Below, piece after piece: positions 24,925 through 38,202 of a DNA stretch of 64,000 nt (positions are counted from its first letter, which is position 1; the number at the start of each line of letters is the position of its first letter). Origin of the DNA: Carcharhinus amblyrhynchos (taxonomy: Eukaryota); contig OZ336890.1 of the NCBI GenBank assembly GCA_965287045.1, positions 40,672,001 to 40,736,000 on the forward strand, in the 5' to 3' direction. The notes below the pieces were generated by a model, which did not search any database, was not told the origin of the DNA, and worked only from the letters and a program-made list of their open reading frames with translations. The position numbers were made by a program, and so were the translations under genes.

Positions 24925-25397
24925 TGTTCCCACTTGCCCACAGTTACATAGAATGCACAAGCTTTATTGGATGCTGGAATACAATGCAAATGGCAATATC
25001 ATCATGAAACTCTGGATCTTTCCCACCTCCTATCCATTGTTAAATCCGGCCATTAATACGGACCTTGAAAGTTCATTGTGCGCAATTTTAAAAGCATTCA
25101 GTCATTCAGATAGGTAGGAAGAGTCGAAGGCTTGAATTTAGAGTTGGGAACAATTCCAACACTGCAAACCTGATAGGAGAAGATGTCCTGCATACTTGGA
25201 TTTTCATTCCAGCAGGGGCAAGTGTTAACTGGAGCCAGGCCCTCCAGCAGTAGTAAGGGTTCAAAGACACCCATTAGGTGTGGAGGTGCCTTGGTGATCC
25301 TGGATTTCATCCCAGCTTTAAGGAAAACAACCCTCCAACACTCAGCCTTTACAAACCCTCACCTCCCCCCACACACATACTCCCAGAGTATGAGATA

Positions 25398-25852
25398 AGG
25401 GGATGAGGGGTTTAGCTTATGAGGAGAGATTGAGTTGATTGGGCCTGTACTCGGAGTTTAGAAGGCTAAAGGGAGATCTTATAGAGACATATAAGATAAT
25501 GAAGGGGCTAGACAGGGTAGAAGCAGAGAGATTATTTCCACTTAGAATGGAAACAAGAACTAGAGGGCACAGTCTCAAAATAAGGGGGAGTCAATTTAGA
25601 ACAGAGTAGAGGAGGAACTTCTTCTCCCAGAGGGTAGCAAATCTTTGGAATTCTCTGCCCATTGAAGCAATGGAGGCTACCTCGTTAAATGTGCTTAAGT
25701 CACAAGTAGATAGATTTCTGACCAATAAGGGAATTAAGGGTTATGGGAGCAGGTGGGTAAGTGGAACTGAACCACTATCAGATCAGCCATAATCTTATTG
25801 AATGGCGGGGCAGGCTCGAGGGGCTAGATGACCTACTCCTATTTCTTATGTT
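25398..25852 (+). mobile_element. CR1 LINE 3' end
   Basis: Colinear with 47305-47770 (GFSYEERL...RGDLIETYKI...NFFSQRV and 3' UTR). Confidence 0.9.
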
Positions 25853-27447
25853 CTCCCCCAAGCCCCACCCATGCCAACCCCTGCCGCCTTATGTCAGCAG
25901 CTTGCCCCCCACATGGTCCCTCAAAACCTCTATGCCAACGTATGCCGAACCTCCCCCAGACCCATTATAGTTGATACCAACTTTGTGCTAACTTATATCA
26001 ATCCATGCCCACCCCGCAACACCTACCATCCTTTGTCCTTACAGCAATAAGGACAAACAGCAATATACGGATGATTTCCCCTTTGTTGCTACAGCCCTTT
26101 AAACAGCCGTAGCTGCATTTACGTTGCTTCCTGCGATGAGGTCCCACTACTAAAACAGGAGCCAAGCAGGAATATTTAATTAGGAGGAAACCCATAATTT
26201 CTGGCAGTGAGAGCCCTGAACTACAATTCCGAGGGATCTTCTGACGCTCAGCATCCCTGTCACTAGCTTATTGACAATTGAATTTCCATTCTGTGTGTGA
26301 GCAGCTACTGGGATCAGCTTTTGGCTCTGCTTCAATTATCTCCCAATCCCCCATGTCAAAAGAAGCTGCTCCATCAATATACAACAGTCATAATGTTAAA
26401 ATGTGTTCCAGGTTTACGAACCCAAATAGCTGAGCCACAAACAGTTCCATATGTGTAATGCTGATACTTGGATGAAGAAGTAATTGGCTTAGAACTTTAT
26501 GGAGATCAAACAATTTTTAGTACATCTCCAGCTCATATTTCAGTTTTGTTTTCGTTCAGGTTTGCATTTCTTCCATTTTTGTGCGTGCAATATTACTTGA
26601 TCGTATAAGAATTAGTTCAGTTTCATTGTCAGACAAATCAACTCATCTGCATTTGATTGTTAGACTGCCCCCTTGTTGCATTCCTTAGGACTATCAGTTA
26701 TTCCATTCCATGTTTTACTGGGAGACCGCACATTAATTCTCATACTTGAACTGTTTCCTTTCATTTTCTGCATTCTACTGGACCGTTTCAAGAAAATATG
26801 CACTGATGTGTTGGTCTGGTTGAGTAAAGAACATTCTTCCAATTTAACAATTGAGTTGTTATTGTGCACACAAGAACACTCGAATATTTTCAAATCCACG
26901 GGGCTAATAAAAAACATGTTTTATGCACTACAGTCACTTGCCTTTATTTAGGAGGTGCCTCACTGCTTTATTTTTAGCACAGAAATGATATTTTTAATTC
27001 TTTTCTGGTTGCACAGCGTGAAACCGAAGCAGAAATGTTGCTGAAAAGTAATGACGATAGCCAAATTTCCCTTTCCCCGTTTGGATTTTAGCACACATAC
27101 ATGGACACAACATTCTTGCTGGAGATCCAGAAGGCTTGATTGCGAATAACTAGGGCTCACGAGGAAGAGATGTGCTGTTAAGTAAAATGCTCTTGTCAGG
27201 ACTGTGTGTGCCATTATGAATTAAACTGAAAATGAGTACATGGAGGTAAACAGTCCTCTTAAGTGGAGTAGTTTGTTAAACACTGTATATTTTAAAAAAG
27301 GAACAAAGTAAACATTTTGATATCTGACAGTTAAGCACCTCACGCAGACAGCTATGACGACAGGCTGCACTGCTTCTAAAAAAAAAATGAGCTTTCCCAT
27401 ATTTTATGTGCAACATGTTTTGAGGGTCATGCGATAATTATGTGAAA

Positions 27448-27665
27448 AGGGTGGCACGGTTAGCCTCACAACACCAGGGATGGGGTTCAATTACAGCCAT
27501 GGGTGATATTGCGGAGTGTGTGCACATTCTCCCCATATCAGTATGGGTTTCCTCCAGGTGCTCCAGTTTCTTCTCACAATCCAAAGATATGCATGTTATA
27601 TGGATGGGCCATGCTAAATTGCCCCTAGTCTGTAGGTTAGGTGGATTGGCTATGATGATATGCTG
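27448..27665 (+). mobile_element. V-SINE 5' part
   Basis: ggggttcaatt...gtgtgcacattctcccc...gggtttcctccaggtgctccagtttc. Confidence 0.75.
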
Positions 27666-27707
27666 GTTTGCAGGGGTTGGGGCGGAGGGGGGGGTGTTGT
27701 TGCAGGC

Positions 27708-29055
27708 TACGTCTCCACCTTGTTTTGTTTCCTCAGCAAACTTAGATACGTTACTCTCTGTCACTTCATTTAAGTCGTTCGTACAGATTTCAAACAACTG
27801 GGGCCCCAGCATTGCCTCTTATGGTTTTGCTGCCTGCCAACTTGAAAACGTCCCACTTATGCCCAATCTGTGCTTCCTATCTGTTACGAATACTCTATCC
27901 ATGCTAATATATTATCTCCACTCCATGCACACTTATCTTGCCTATTAATCTTTTGCTTGGCACTTTATTGGAAGTATTTTAGTATGGTACATCTTCTCGT
28001 TCCCCTTTATTTATCCTACTAGTTAGATCCTCAAAAACTCCCAAGAAATGTGTTAAACAGAATTTCCCTTTAGTAAATCCATGTTGATTTGTTCTAATCA
28101 TGCTATGCTTTTCCCAATGCATTGTTAACAAATCCTTAATAATAGTTTTCAGTGTTTTCCTAACAACTTCTGAGGTTAACTGGCCTGTAGCTCTCTGTTT
28201 TCTCCCGCCATCCTTTCATGGAAAGGAGAATAAGATTTGTCTCTTCCTATGACTCCAACTTCCTACCTGATGGGATCATTCCCAAATTGATGAATTCTGG
28301 AAAACACAGCCAGCGCATCCACTATCTCTGCAGCTATTTTCCTTAGAATCCGAGGATGTAGGCTGTTGGAACTCTGGAGTTTTGTGTCATTTTAGTCCCC
28401 TAAATTTCTGTAATACCTTTTCCCTGTTGTTACTCCTTTCCCTAATGTCCTCATTTGTTTTTGGCTTGTAGTTTGCCATCTTTTCCTGGAATAAAACTTG
28501 TGTTTACTGCTGTGAAGACAGACACAAAATTATTTGTTGAGTGCCTCTGCCATTTCCTCATTCCCCATGATGATTTCTCGTATCTCTGTTTCTAAGTGAC
28601 CAATGTTAGCCTTAGCGACTCTCTTATGTTTTAGATAATTGTAAATGTTTACATTCTGTTTACTCCCATATTCTTCTTACCCCATCTTATCACTTCTTGG
28701 TTTCCTTTTGCTGGTTTCTAAATCACTCCCAATTCTCTGGCGTGTTACTCTTTTTAAAAATGTTGCAATTCTCCTCTTATAAGCTAATACAATTCCTAAT
28801 TTCCTGAGTGAGCCATGGATGGGTCTTTCTCACTGCACATTTGTTTTTTTCCATTGAATGTATCTTTTGTTGGACATTTTGAATTGTCTCTTTAAAATTT
28901 TCCCATTGTTCATTTCCTTCTGAACCTTTTTTGTCTATTTACCCAGTTAACCTTGACCAATTCTCCCACCATGCCTATGTAATTGGCTTTGTTTAAGTTC
29001 AAGAGTCCTGCTTGTGATTGGAGTATATCACTTTCAAATTCAACCTGGAATAACT
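27708..29055 (-). mobile_element. Old CR1 LINE internal fragment (RT 5' half)
   Basis: ORF 27438..27812 begins LGPQLFEICTNDLNEVTESNVSKFAEET (degenerate GPQLF...KFADD); upstream CR1-like LNLNKANY...ELVKVNW. Confidence 0.8.
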
Positions 29056-30071
29056 CTGAGTCGCAGCTCCTCACGCCACTGCCCTCAGTTGGTAGCACTC
29101 ACAGCTCTTTGTCAGAAGATTCTGTATTCAAGTTCTATTCTGGAGACTTGAGGCCAGACGTCTAAGCCCAAACATTCCAATGGTGGAGTGCTGCATTGTG
29201 GGAGGTACCATCTCTCAGGTGAGACATTAAACTGAGACCCATCTTTTCTCTGGGGCAGATGGAAAAAATGTACATCAGAGAAATATTCTATTGTACACTA
29301 AAAGACCCTTTCCTTAATGTCTGAGCTGCTGTACACTGACAAATCCTTCCATCTATGAATCCAGTTACTTGCTCCCATAATTATATTCACTACAGGCAGT
29401 TGACTGGGGTAACCTTGTAATTTCTCCGATAAATACATTCACTTAACTCCAGGCTTTAACTTAGATATCCCTGATGCTGAGAATCCTAGATTGATATCAA
29501 GAACTGGTATAATCTGATTGCTGATTACTGAGCACCTTCCATAGAAGACATTCCAATTAGTCCACCAACAATGCTTGTAGTGTAGCAAACCTCATCTCAC
29601 TTGTCAAGAAAGGTAATCTCAGCTCAGGTATTGACTATCCTTCCATATTCATACCTCCATTCCAGCCTGAGTTTTCTCCTTGTTGTCATTGGAATCTGTT
29701 TGTCTCTGCTTGGACCTATGATTTTGTAGTAATTGTTTCTTTTTCTACATCATTACACTTTTATTGTTTTCATTTTGCATCTCTTGAAAACGTACATCTG
29801 CTTCATGCTTTTTTTTAAATTTCCAAGTAACTATTTTAACGATAACCATCTGTACAGTTTGTTTTTTAAGAGATGATGAGAAATTAGATCCTCAAAGGTG
29901 TTGTTTGCGCAACCCAATAAGTTTTGTTTCACATTTTAACTTGCATTTCTGAGGATTTTTACAATGAGAACTATATTTCTTTCCTTGTATTTAATCAGGA
30001 GCTATTCCGAGTCTAATGGACTTGGGAAATTTCAGCTTCCAATTGTATTTGATACATTTATACATACAAAT

Positions 30072-30513
30072 GCATGTATGTTGTATGTGTGTGCTATGTG
30101 TTATGTGTTGTATCAGCATATTGTAGTTGCGTGTGTATGTGTTGCATGTGTGTGCATGTTGTGGTTATGTGTGTGTGTTGCATGTGTTGTGGTTGTGTGT
30201 GTGTTGTATGTGCTTGTTGCATGTATGTGCATGTTGTGGTTGTGTGTGTGTGTGTGTGTGTGCATGTTGTGGTTGTGTGTGTGTTGCATGTGTTTGTTGT
30301 GTGTGTGTGTTGCATGTGTATGTGTGCTGTGGTTGTGTGTGTTGCATGTGTTGTGTTGTATGTGCATGAATGGTACTTGCATGTTGTAGTTGTGTGAGTC
30401 TGTTGCATATGTTGTGGTTATCTGCGCATGAGTAGTGTGTTTGTGTGTTGGACGTATTGTGTGTGTGTTGCATGTGTGTGTGTGTGTGCGTTGCATGTGT
30501 GTGTGTGTGTGTG
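30072..30513. repeat. Degenerate (TG)n/tgttgcatg microsatellite
   Basis: About 440 bp of tgtgtgttgcatgtgttgtggttg units. Confidence 0.95.
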
Positions 30514-31063
30514 AGAACACATTCAGTATGGAGCAGATTATGAAAAAATGGAAGCAGATTCCCATCTAAAACCTTGCTCAGCTTGGAAAGCAGCAAAATT
30601 GTCCTTTAACTCTGAGGTCAATAGCCCAAAGTGTGTCTGCATTTTTTTAATTAAAACACGCTGTTTTTTCAAATCAGTAGCCAAGTAAGTTAGATGTTAA
30701 ATTCACCTCTCCCTCTTCCTGTCCATTCTCCACCCTCAAAATTTCCCATAAAGATGCTTTATTGGTGTAAGTATGTCATGATGATATTCATTACCTTGCC
30801 AATCATTGTCTAATTCTAATTTTGTTATAATCCACAATGCCATCCGCGTACCTCTTGTTATTTGTGGAGTCTCTCAGCAGCAGCAGATAAAATAGTATTT
30901 AAGCTACATTTAAAATTTGTAGCAAATGATTAGCACGTGGATTTAAAATTATAAAATAATGTTGAAAAAATGTTCTAACTTCATTGCAGCAAACTAGGAT
31001 TGGTTTTCTGCTCAGGCACAGAGTATGAATGATTTGAACCACAACGACTGAAGCAGAAAGAAA

Positions 31064-31751
31064 CCTCACCTGTATCTTAAGGAAGGATGTGCTGGCCCTG
31101 GTTAAACATGTAGTTAAACATGCTGCTGTTTAACTACTGGGTTAATTTTGAATCAATTATCATTCAGGAAAGTTGATTTTGTCTAACTAGAGTAAGATTT
31201 TCCTGATACAAGAGCAGTCTGAAGGCACTTAAAAGACATGTCAAAGTTTATTTATTAGGGTTCAGAGGAGGTTCACACGAACGATCCCGGGAATGAAATG
31301 TTTGACGTTTGAGGAGCGCCTGAGGACTCTGGATCTGTAGTCAATGGAGTTTAGAAGGATAAGGGAGGATCTCATCAAAGCTTACAGAATACTGAAAGGT
31401 CTGGATAGAATGGACATGGGAAGATTCTTCCATTAATAGGCAAGACTAAGATCCCAGGGCACAGCCTCAGAGAAAAGGACAACCCTTGAGAACTGAGATG
31501 AGGAGCTTCTTCAGCCAGAGGGTGGTGAATCTATGGAATCCATTGCTATGGAAGGCTGTGGAGGCCAGGTCATTGAGTGTATTTAAGACAGAGATAGGTA
31601 GGTTCTTGATTGGTAAGGGATCAAGGGTTACGGGAGAAAAAGCCAGGAGAATGGGGTTGGGAAACTTATCAGCCATGATTGAATGACAGAGCAGACTCGA
31701 TGGGCCGAATGATCTAATTCTGCTCCTATTTCTTATGGTCTTATAGTCTTA
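31064..31751 (+). mobile_element. CR1 LINE 3' end interrupted by a 155-bp insertion
   Basis: tatcttaaggaaggatgtgctggccctgg (YLRKDVLAL) to 31101 resumes as agggttcagaggaggttcac (RVQRRFT) at 31257; tail tcttatggtcttatagtctta. Confidence 0.88.
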
Positions 31752-31894
31752 CTTCATGCGGCTGTTGTAACTACTGGGTTGATTTTGACATCAATTATCA
31801 TTCAGGAAAGTTGATTTTGTCTAACTAGAATAAGATTTTCCCGATAAAAGAACAGTCTGAAGGCACCTAAAAGACATGTCAAAGTTTATTTATT
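31119..31894 (+). repeat. Dispersed direct repeat ~138 bp (31119-31256 and 31755-31894)
   Basis: catgc.gctgtt.taactactgggtt.attttga...aaaagacatgtcaaagtttatttatt is present twice with few differences. Confidence 0.95.
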
Positions 31895-32158
31895 GGTCAC
31901 AAGTAGATTGACATATACTATGAAAATCCCCTAGTTGCCACATGCTGGCGCCTGTTTGGATGCACTGAGGGAGAATTTAGCACCTAACCAGCATGCCTTT
32001 CAGACTGTGGGATGAAACCAGAGTACTCAGAGGAAACCCATGCAGACATGGGGAGAATGTGCAAATTCTGCACAGACAGTGACTCCAAGGCGGGAATCGA
32101 ACCTGGGTCCCTGGCACTGTGAGACAGCAGTGCTAACCACTGTGCCACCGTGCCGCCC
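31881..32158 (-). mobile_element. V-SINE, alternative tail
   Basis: Ends tgtgccaccgtgccgccc (consensus-like head on the minus strand). Confidence 0.85.
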
Positions 32159-33645
32159 CTTGACTGGGTCAGCCAGCTGCCAGCCTCTGTATAGTTTTTC
32201 CTTAAGAATAAATACCTTTTATGTTAGTGGCGGGCATCATTACGTTGACAATGAGGATGGGATGGGATGGATGATGATGACGCTGTCTGTGCCCTGAGAT
32301 GTGTGAGTAGTGAGATGTTGCGATATTGTCAGATCCTGAGGGACAGACACAGAGCAAACCTGGATTGGCTGATGCAGTCAGAAATACATCTTTAAAATGA
32401 ACAATAAATAAACCTCCAGAATCAAGGGCTGTGATACTGTGTTTACGGAAAAGTGGAACTTAAATTTTAAAAAAAGGAGAACGAGTTGCCACAACTCTTT
32501 TTTGAAAGCAAAGAGAACACAGAACAATTTTTTGAGTGAAAGATATAAAAAGTGCCCCCAAAGAGTTCTAGCAGTTGTAGCTTGGTCTCCAGAGTGCAGG
32601 AAAGTGGAGATGTTGGGTTGCTGGGCTCCTAATCCAAGCATAGCCTACCAATGTGGGGCAGAGGGACGGTACCCATCCCTGCATTGAGAGGCTGCAGGCA
32701 ACAAGTTCCAAAGTTTTAGAGAAAAGTCCTCAACCTGTTGGTTGAATTGAAAAGGGTTAAAAATGGACCTTTGGACCTCGAGAGTGTTGTATCTCGCAGT
32801 GAAATTGATTTTAAAAAACCCATGCATCAAAGGAAGAAACGAAGGGACTCTCCAAATGGCCAGAGGGAAAATAAAAGTTGCCAAGATCACTGAGAGCACT
32901 TCCTATTAGTAAAAAGAGAAGTTTTAAAAGTTTAAAAAGGTTCAAAGGAGGACCTGCCAGATTCATGCCAAAACTTCACGATTGCAGGAAATGCACGTAG
33001 AAAGAACTGGCAGCTGCTGACAGTTTAAAAAAAAGTTGACAGTCTTAAAGCAGCAATGCATTTAAAGAGGTAATACATTTAATGCGGCAATGCATTTAAA
33101 GCAGCAACCACAAGAACCAATGGCAATGGACAAGAAAATCGGAAAAGACCCCAGATAGAGGACAACTCTCAAAAAATGTCCATAGCAATGAAGACCTCAA
33201 GAAAGGCAGTGGGAGACCCCCGGAAGGATGGCACCATACTGAATGACCAAATGAAGGGCAATGAGAGAATTGCAGATTGGAAACAAATCAAAACTTCTTC
33301 AGAGACAGATCCACCCAACAGTGAAACCAAAAGAATTTTAGCTGAAGCTAAGACAAGTAGAAATAAAAAGTCCATTTGTGAAATGTAGGTGTCCAGTAAG
33401 AAGGTAATAGATTTTCCTTGGGAAAAAATAGCAAAGTTAAAGACTTCAAAAGAAACATTAAGAGGAATCAGCAGAAAGAATTAAAGCTCTTGAGAAGACA
33501 TTAAAATAAATGACTGACAACCAACATAAAAATAGTTTCAAATGAAGTTAAGATGAAGAACTCAATGAGACAGTGGAGAATAAGCTGAACTTCATGAAAA
33601 AGCAACCACAAAATATGAACAAGATTGTACAACAATGTAAAAGAC

Positions 33646-33875
33646 TGTGGTGATTGTCCCTTTAAGCATAAGACAGCAGAAGAGGGTCACCAGGCTTGTG
33701 TGACCAATTGGGACTGAGAATGGATAATCACCACAGGGGAATTGAGTCTTCTCTTAGACAGAAGGCATTTCGAATTCATGTAGGGACTGAGGCAGCCAGA
33801 GAACTGTCTACAGTTTTTCTTTATTAATAAATAACCTTTGTGTTCCTGACAAAGTCTGTAGTGTGCATCATGACA
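33646..33875 (+). mobile_element. Probable solo LTR
   Basis: tgtggtgattgtccctttaag start resembles the other LTR starts in the window; AATAAA near the end; ends ...atgaca. No clean TSD. Confidence 0.5.
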
Positions 33876-33944
33876 ACCAGTCACTGGGAGCAGGAAGAAG
33901 TGAAGAGACCAAGATCACCAATGCCCCTGCCTTCATAGGTAGAA

Positions 33945-34305
33945 TCATAGAATTGTAGAATCCCTGCAGTGCAGAAAAGGCCATTCGGCCCATCGAGTCT
34001 GCACTGACTCTCCAACCACTCACTGTGTGAAAGAATTTTTTTCTCACATCACATTTGCCTCTTATTTTCGAATCACTTTAGATCAGTGCCCTCCCATGAG
34101 TGGAAATAATTTCTGTTGATCTATTCTGTCCAGTCCCCTCAAAATTTTGAACAACTCTATCAAATCTCCTCTTAGCCTTCTTCTCTGCAAGGAGAACAAT
34201 CCCAACTTCTCCAATCTATCCTCACAACTAATGTTTCTCATCCCTGGAACAATCCTTGTAAACCTCTTCTGCACTCTTTCCAATGTGTTAATATCCTTCC
34301 TATAA
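33945..34305 (-). mobile_element. HE1/CR1 tail plus CR1 RT C-terminal fragment
   Basis: ORF 34083..34412 contains HYRKDINTLERVQKRFTRIVPGM...RLRGDLIE. Confidence 0.8.
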
Positions 34306-36178
34306 TGCATAACCTCATTGGAACTCTTCAAGCTGTCACAGATCTGTCCAAGCTCATTGGAATTGCAAAAGCTATCAAGGGATTTAACTTGGTTGGACTT
34401 TACATTTTTCAAAAAGTATGGAAAATCAGTGCTTAATATTTCACTCCATCTGTTGACATAAGACTGAGGGTTGTCATTCTGTGATTTGTGCTACGTAATT
34501 GATTTTACAACCTAACATTATCACAGCGCCGTGTTTGTTAAGTGAGCAATTTGATTGACAAATCCAAGTGATTATAATATAAATGTTTGATTTCAGACAA
34601 GCTTAGTCAAAGGAAATTCAATATGTACTTTTTTTAGAATTTTTTTTAAATAGACATCATCAATAAACACAGCCTTATTTTATTTCACCATGGCTTCTGA
34701 GGTTTCCCATGGGGAATATTGGTTGAGTTGGAATGCAATAGGTAAGAAGATAAGGTTGGGGATAACATGAGTTGTCACTAAATTGGCATTGGAGCTATAA
34801 ATGACCATGGGGATGAGTGGGGGGGCATGGGTGGGCATATGGGACATGAGGGGCCATGGGTTGGATAGGGGGCAGAGGGTATGTGGGCCATGAGGATTGG
34901 AAGGGGCATGCAGTGGCATGAATTGGCATGGATGGAGTATGGAGGGTGTTTAGGGGTGTGAGGGGTAGGGGCAGGAGGGACTTTTAAATTCTGTTCAGTT
35001 TTGAAATAACTGATTTGCTGAGACAGGCCTTCCACCCAGCTTCAGCCTCCATACATTCTAGGTTGGAAGTCATAACTTCTAACCCAGCCCTTGTGATACT
35101 GGCAGGACTTCCTGTCCCTGCAGATGGAGCAGAGGCACTCTGACCCTATTAAGGCTGTACTATCGCTGTGAGGCATCTGAGATGCCATTGCACTTTTTGG
35201 TCAAGATGCAGGTAAGCAGCCCCCCTCCCCCATAAAATCCACCCCTACAATTCTCTTGTTCAGGCATAGGCCCTGCCAATAAACCCAATGGATTTGGGGG
35301 AAAATCAACTGAAGCCCCAGTCAAGTGGTTGTACTTGGATCGAAGCAGGCAATCAGCAGATCTCCGTGAAAATTCTGTCCATTGGAAGGGATTTTCCACG
35401 TATCCCTTCATGTTTTTCACATTGGTGAAGATGGCCTGCTTTTGGTCCTGCCGCTGTTAACAAGGTTCCCTATTCTATGCACACCCTGCAGCTAGCAAAT
35501 GCATGGCAGCAGTTCACTGTCCTCCGCTTGCACCGGAGGATCCCGCTGGCAGGAATGGCCGGAAAATTCCAGCCATTGTTTTTGACTTGATTGACTAAGC
35601 CGGTAATTGGAGGATTAGCCCTTACTTTTGGGGGTATTCTCTCTATTCAGAACAGTTTACTTCAATAAGCCCCAACTTCCAAGCTGCCTACAGAACATAA
35701 TTGAACATTCCTGTAAACAGGAGGTAGTACGTTTCGATTCCTCAATGTATATGAGGCAGCCGCATGCTTGTGCCTCCTTCAGAATGAAGCTCTCTGCACA
35801 TTGATAGTAATTGAAATGGTGGCACTGTCTCAATGCAAGCGAGGACAAGATAACTGCAATGAAATAATGAAACCAGTTGTAGTCTGATTATCCCGACTTA
35901 AATGCTAGTCAGTGTTGTGCAGTGACTAATACTCATAAATAGTGCAAAGGGATCTCACGAGGGCAACCTGTAACTGAATATGAGCAGTGAAATCGGAGAC
36001 CAAAAGGCCATCTGCTATTCTGTGCCAGGAGCTGATGTGACCTTAAACAAATTTCTTACTCATTAATTGGATTAGATTCACCCTTTTGCCAGTGTTTTTT
36101 TTTATAGTTGCTGCACAATCAAAAGAACATTCTGGAATTGCTTTATTAAAAAAAAGATCCTAATCTGTTACTTTATGA

Positions 36179-37627
36179 TACATATTTTCTTCAAGAAGCA
36201 GAGTTAAACCCGTCATCAGGAGTCTTCTGTTACCTCAGATCATTGGTACAGGTTCCAAGGAGCCTTGTAATGGGAACAAGTGATTGTAAGATGATAGCTA
36301 ATGTTCAGCACGTCAAGAATCAGATCTGGTTTCATTTCATCCACTCTGATGTAGGCGAAAGCAAAATTGTAGTCTCCACCAATCAAAAAGACAAAGTTCT
36401 GATGCTCCACCTTGGAATATTGAACTAAGAAAAAGGAGTAGATAGTTGGAATGAACTAATCTTTATCAAGCATTTGCATCTCCATTTAATTTTGAAGTTA
36501 ATTTTCCTATCCCTCTTTTCAACCATCCTAAACAATTTGCAAGCTTTCTTTTTGCCCCTGTTAATCAGACCCTTTTGCTCATTAGTTGGGGGTTAGTTGG
36601 AATGAGCTGAGATAGTCATGATGCCTTGATGTGGAGATGCCGGCGTTGGACTGGGGTAAATACAGTAAGAAGTCTCATAACACCAGGTTAAAGTTCAACA
36701 GGTTTATTTGGTAGAGAGTCACCTGACAAAGGAGCAGTGCTCCGAAAGCTAGTGGTGTTTGCTACTAAATAAACCTGTTGGACTTGAACCTGGTGTTATA
36801 GTCAAACCTTTCCATCCTTTTTGTTAGGAAGCTCCTGACCAGTGCTGACCTCTGACATCTCAAGTGGGACCACAGCTGGGGTGCCAACCAGGGCTCAGCG
36901 GTTCAGTCCTTTGGATGAGACTTTAAAGCTTGCCCTCTGAAGTGAAGAAGGCCGTGTAGCAGTACTGTTACTGGACTAGTTTTCCCAAGGCCCAGGCTAA
37001 TGCTCAGGGGACACAGGTTCAAATCTCACCAGAGCAGCTGGTGATATTTAAATTCAATTAATAAAATCTGGACTATAAAGTTAGCCTTACTGATGCTGTT
37101 GTGAAAACCATCTGGTTCACTAATATCTTTAGGGGAGGAAACTTGCCATCCTTCTCTGGTCTATTGGCCTACATGTGAGTGCAGAACCACAGCAATGTGA
37201 CTGACTCTTAACTGCTGTGTGAAATGGCCTAGCAAGCCAAGGCCAATTAGGAATGGCCACATGCTGACCTGGTCAGTAACATTCAAAGCCCATCAAAGAC
37301 ATACAAAAGGTCCCTTAAGTTATTTTGAAGATATGCTTGATAAAGATTAGTTCATTGCAACTATCTACTCCTTTTTCTTAGTTCAGTATTCCAAGGTGGA
37401 GCATCTGAACTTTGTCTTTTTGATTGGTGGAGACTACATTTTTGCTTTCGCCTATATCAGAGTGGATGAAATGAAACCAGATCTGATTCTTGACGTGCTG
37501 AACATTCGCTATCATCTTACAATCACTTGTTCCCATTACAAGGCTCCTTGGAACCTGTACCAATGATCTGAGGTAACAGAAGACTCCTGATGACGGGATT
37601 AACTCTGCTTCTTGAAGAAAATATGTA
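36179..37627. repeat. Long inverted repeat, arms 36179-36473 and 37333-37627 (~295 bp)
   Basis: About 7 substitutions counted by eye; also visible as near-identical ORFs 36243..36428(+) and 37378..37650(-). Confidence 0.97.
36628..36797. mobile_element. Fold-back Penelope-like element
   Basis: gatgtggagatgccggcgttggactgggg start; cacCTGACAAaggagcagtgctccGAAAgctagtg core with a G8>A change. Confidence 0.75.
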
Positions 37628-37812
37628 CCAGAAATGTGTTTATCCCTCAATAAATATCATTAAAACCGATAACCAAGTCATCATCACGTTGTTGTTGATA
37701 AAAGCTTGTGCACAAATCGGGGTACATATTTTCTATATTACACGAGTGGCTACACCACATTGACTGTTAAGTATTTTGGGATGTTCTCAAGTTGTGAAAA
37801 GCTACATAAATA
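36840..37812 (+). mobile_element. DeuSINE-like element interrupted by a tRNA-SINE (36950-37305) and by the inverted-repeat arm (37333-37627)
   Basis: cctttggatgagactttaa...gtcccttaagttattttgaaga continues after the arm as tttatccctcaataaatatcattaaaacc...ttgactgttaagtattttgggatg. Confidence 0.65.
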
Positions 37813-38202
37813 TGATACAGCACACCCTTATGTCAACATATTCTGTTAAAGTTTCTTCCATATTATTTGCATCTGTCAGAGGTACATTTTTTTGCCATCT
37901 CTTACAAAACGTCAACTGATTGGTTCCGTGCACTTCCACCGTCCCCAGTTATCTTCTGATACGGCACGTATCATTAGGATTCATGTTTGAGCCTTTACAG
38001 ACCCCATAAATTCACGTGGCTATCACAGCCTGGTCTGATGTCCACTTAACAAGCACACTCACTGAAGATTTGCGGGCCACTGACCAAAAGCAGGAACTCT
38101 GGGTGATTTATATTCCTTCCCCACTCAACTCCAGCAAATAGTGGACAATTGGATAAGTGAGTGGATATGACTGTGCGGAACGAAAGATGTGAAATCAAGT
38201 AT

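Noticed and set aside
29964-30596. Overlapping Cys/Val- and His/Thr-rich ORFs
   Set aside because: Same microsatellite artefact.
36179-37627. Interpretation as a MITE/foldback transposon or as an inversion with duplicated breakpoints
   Set aside because: No TSD, and a SINE-like element runs colinearly from the spacer across the right arm into the outside flank.
36243-37650. Two near-identical short ORFs suggesting a duplicated small gene
   Set aside because: They simply lie in the two arms of the inverted repeat; no ATG at the called start, no splice signals and no recognisable domain.
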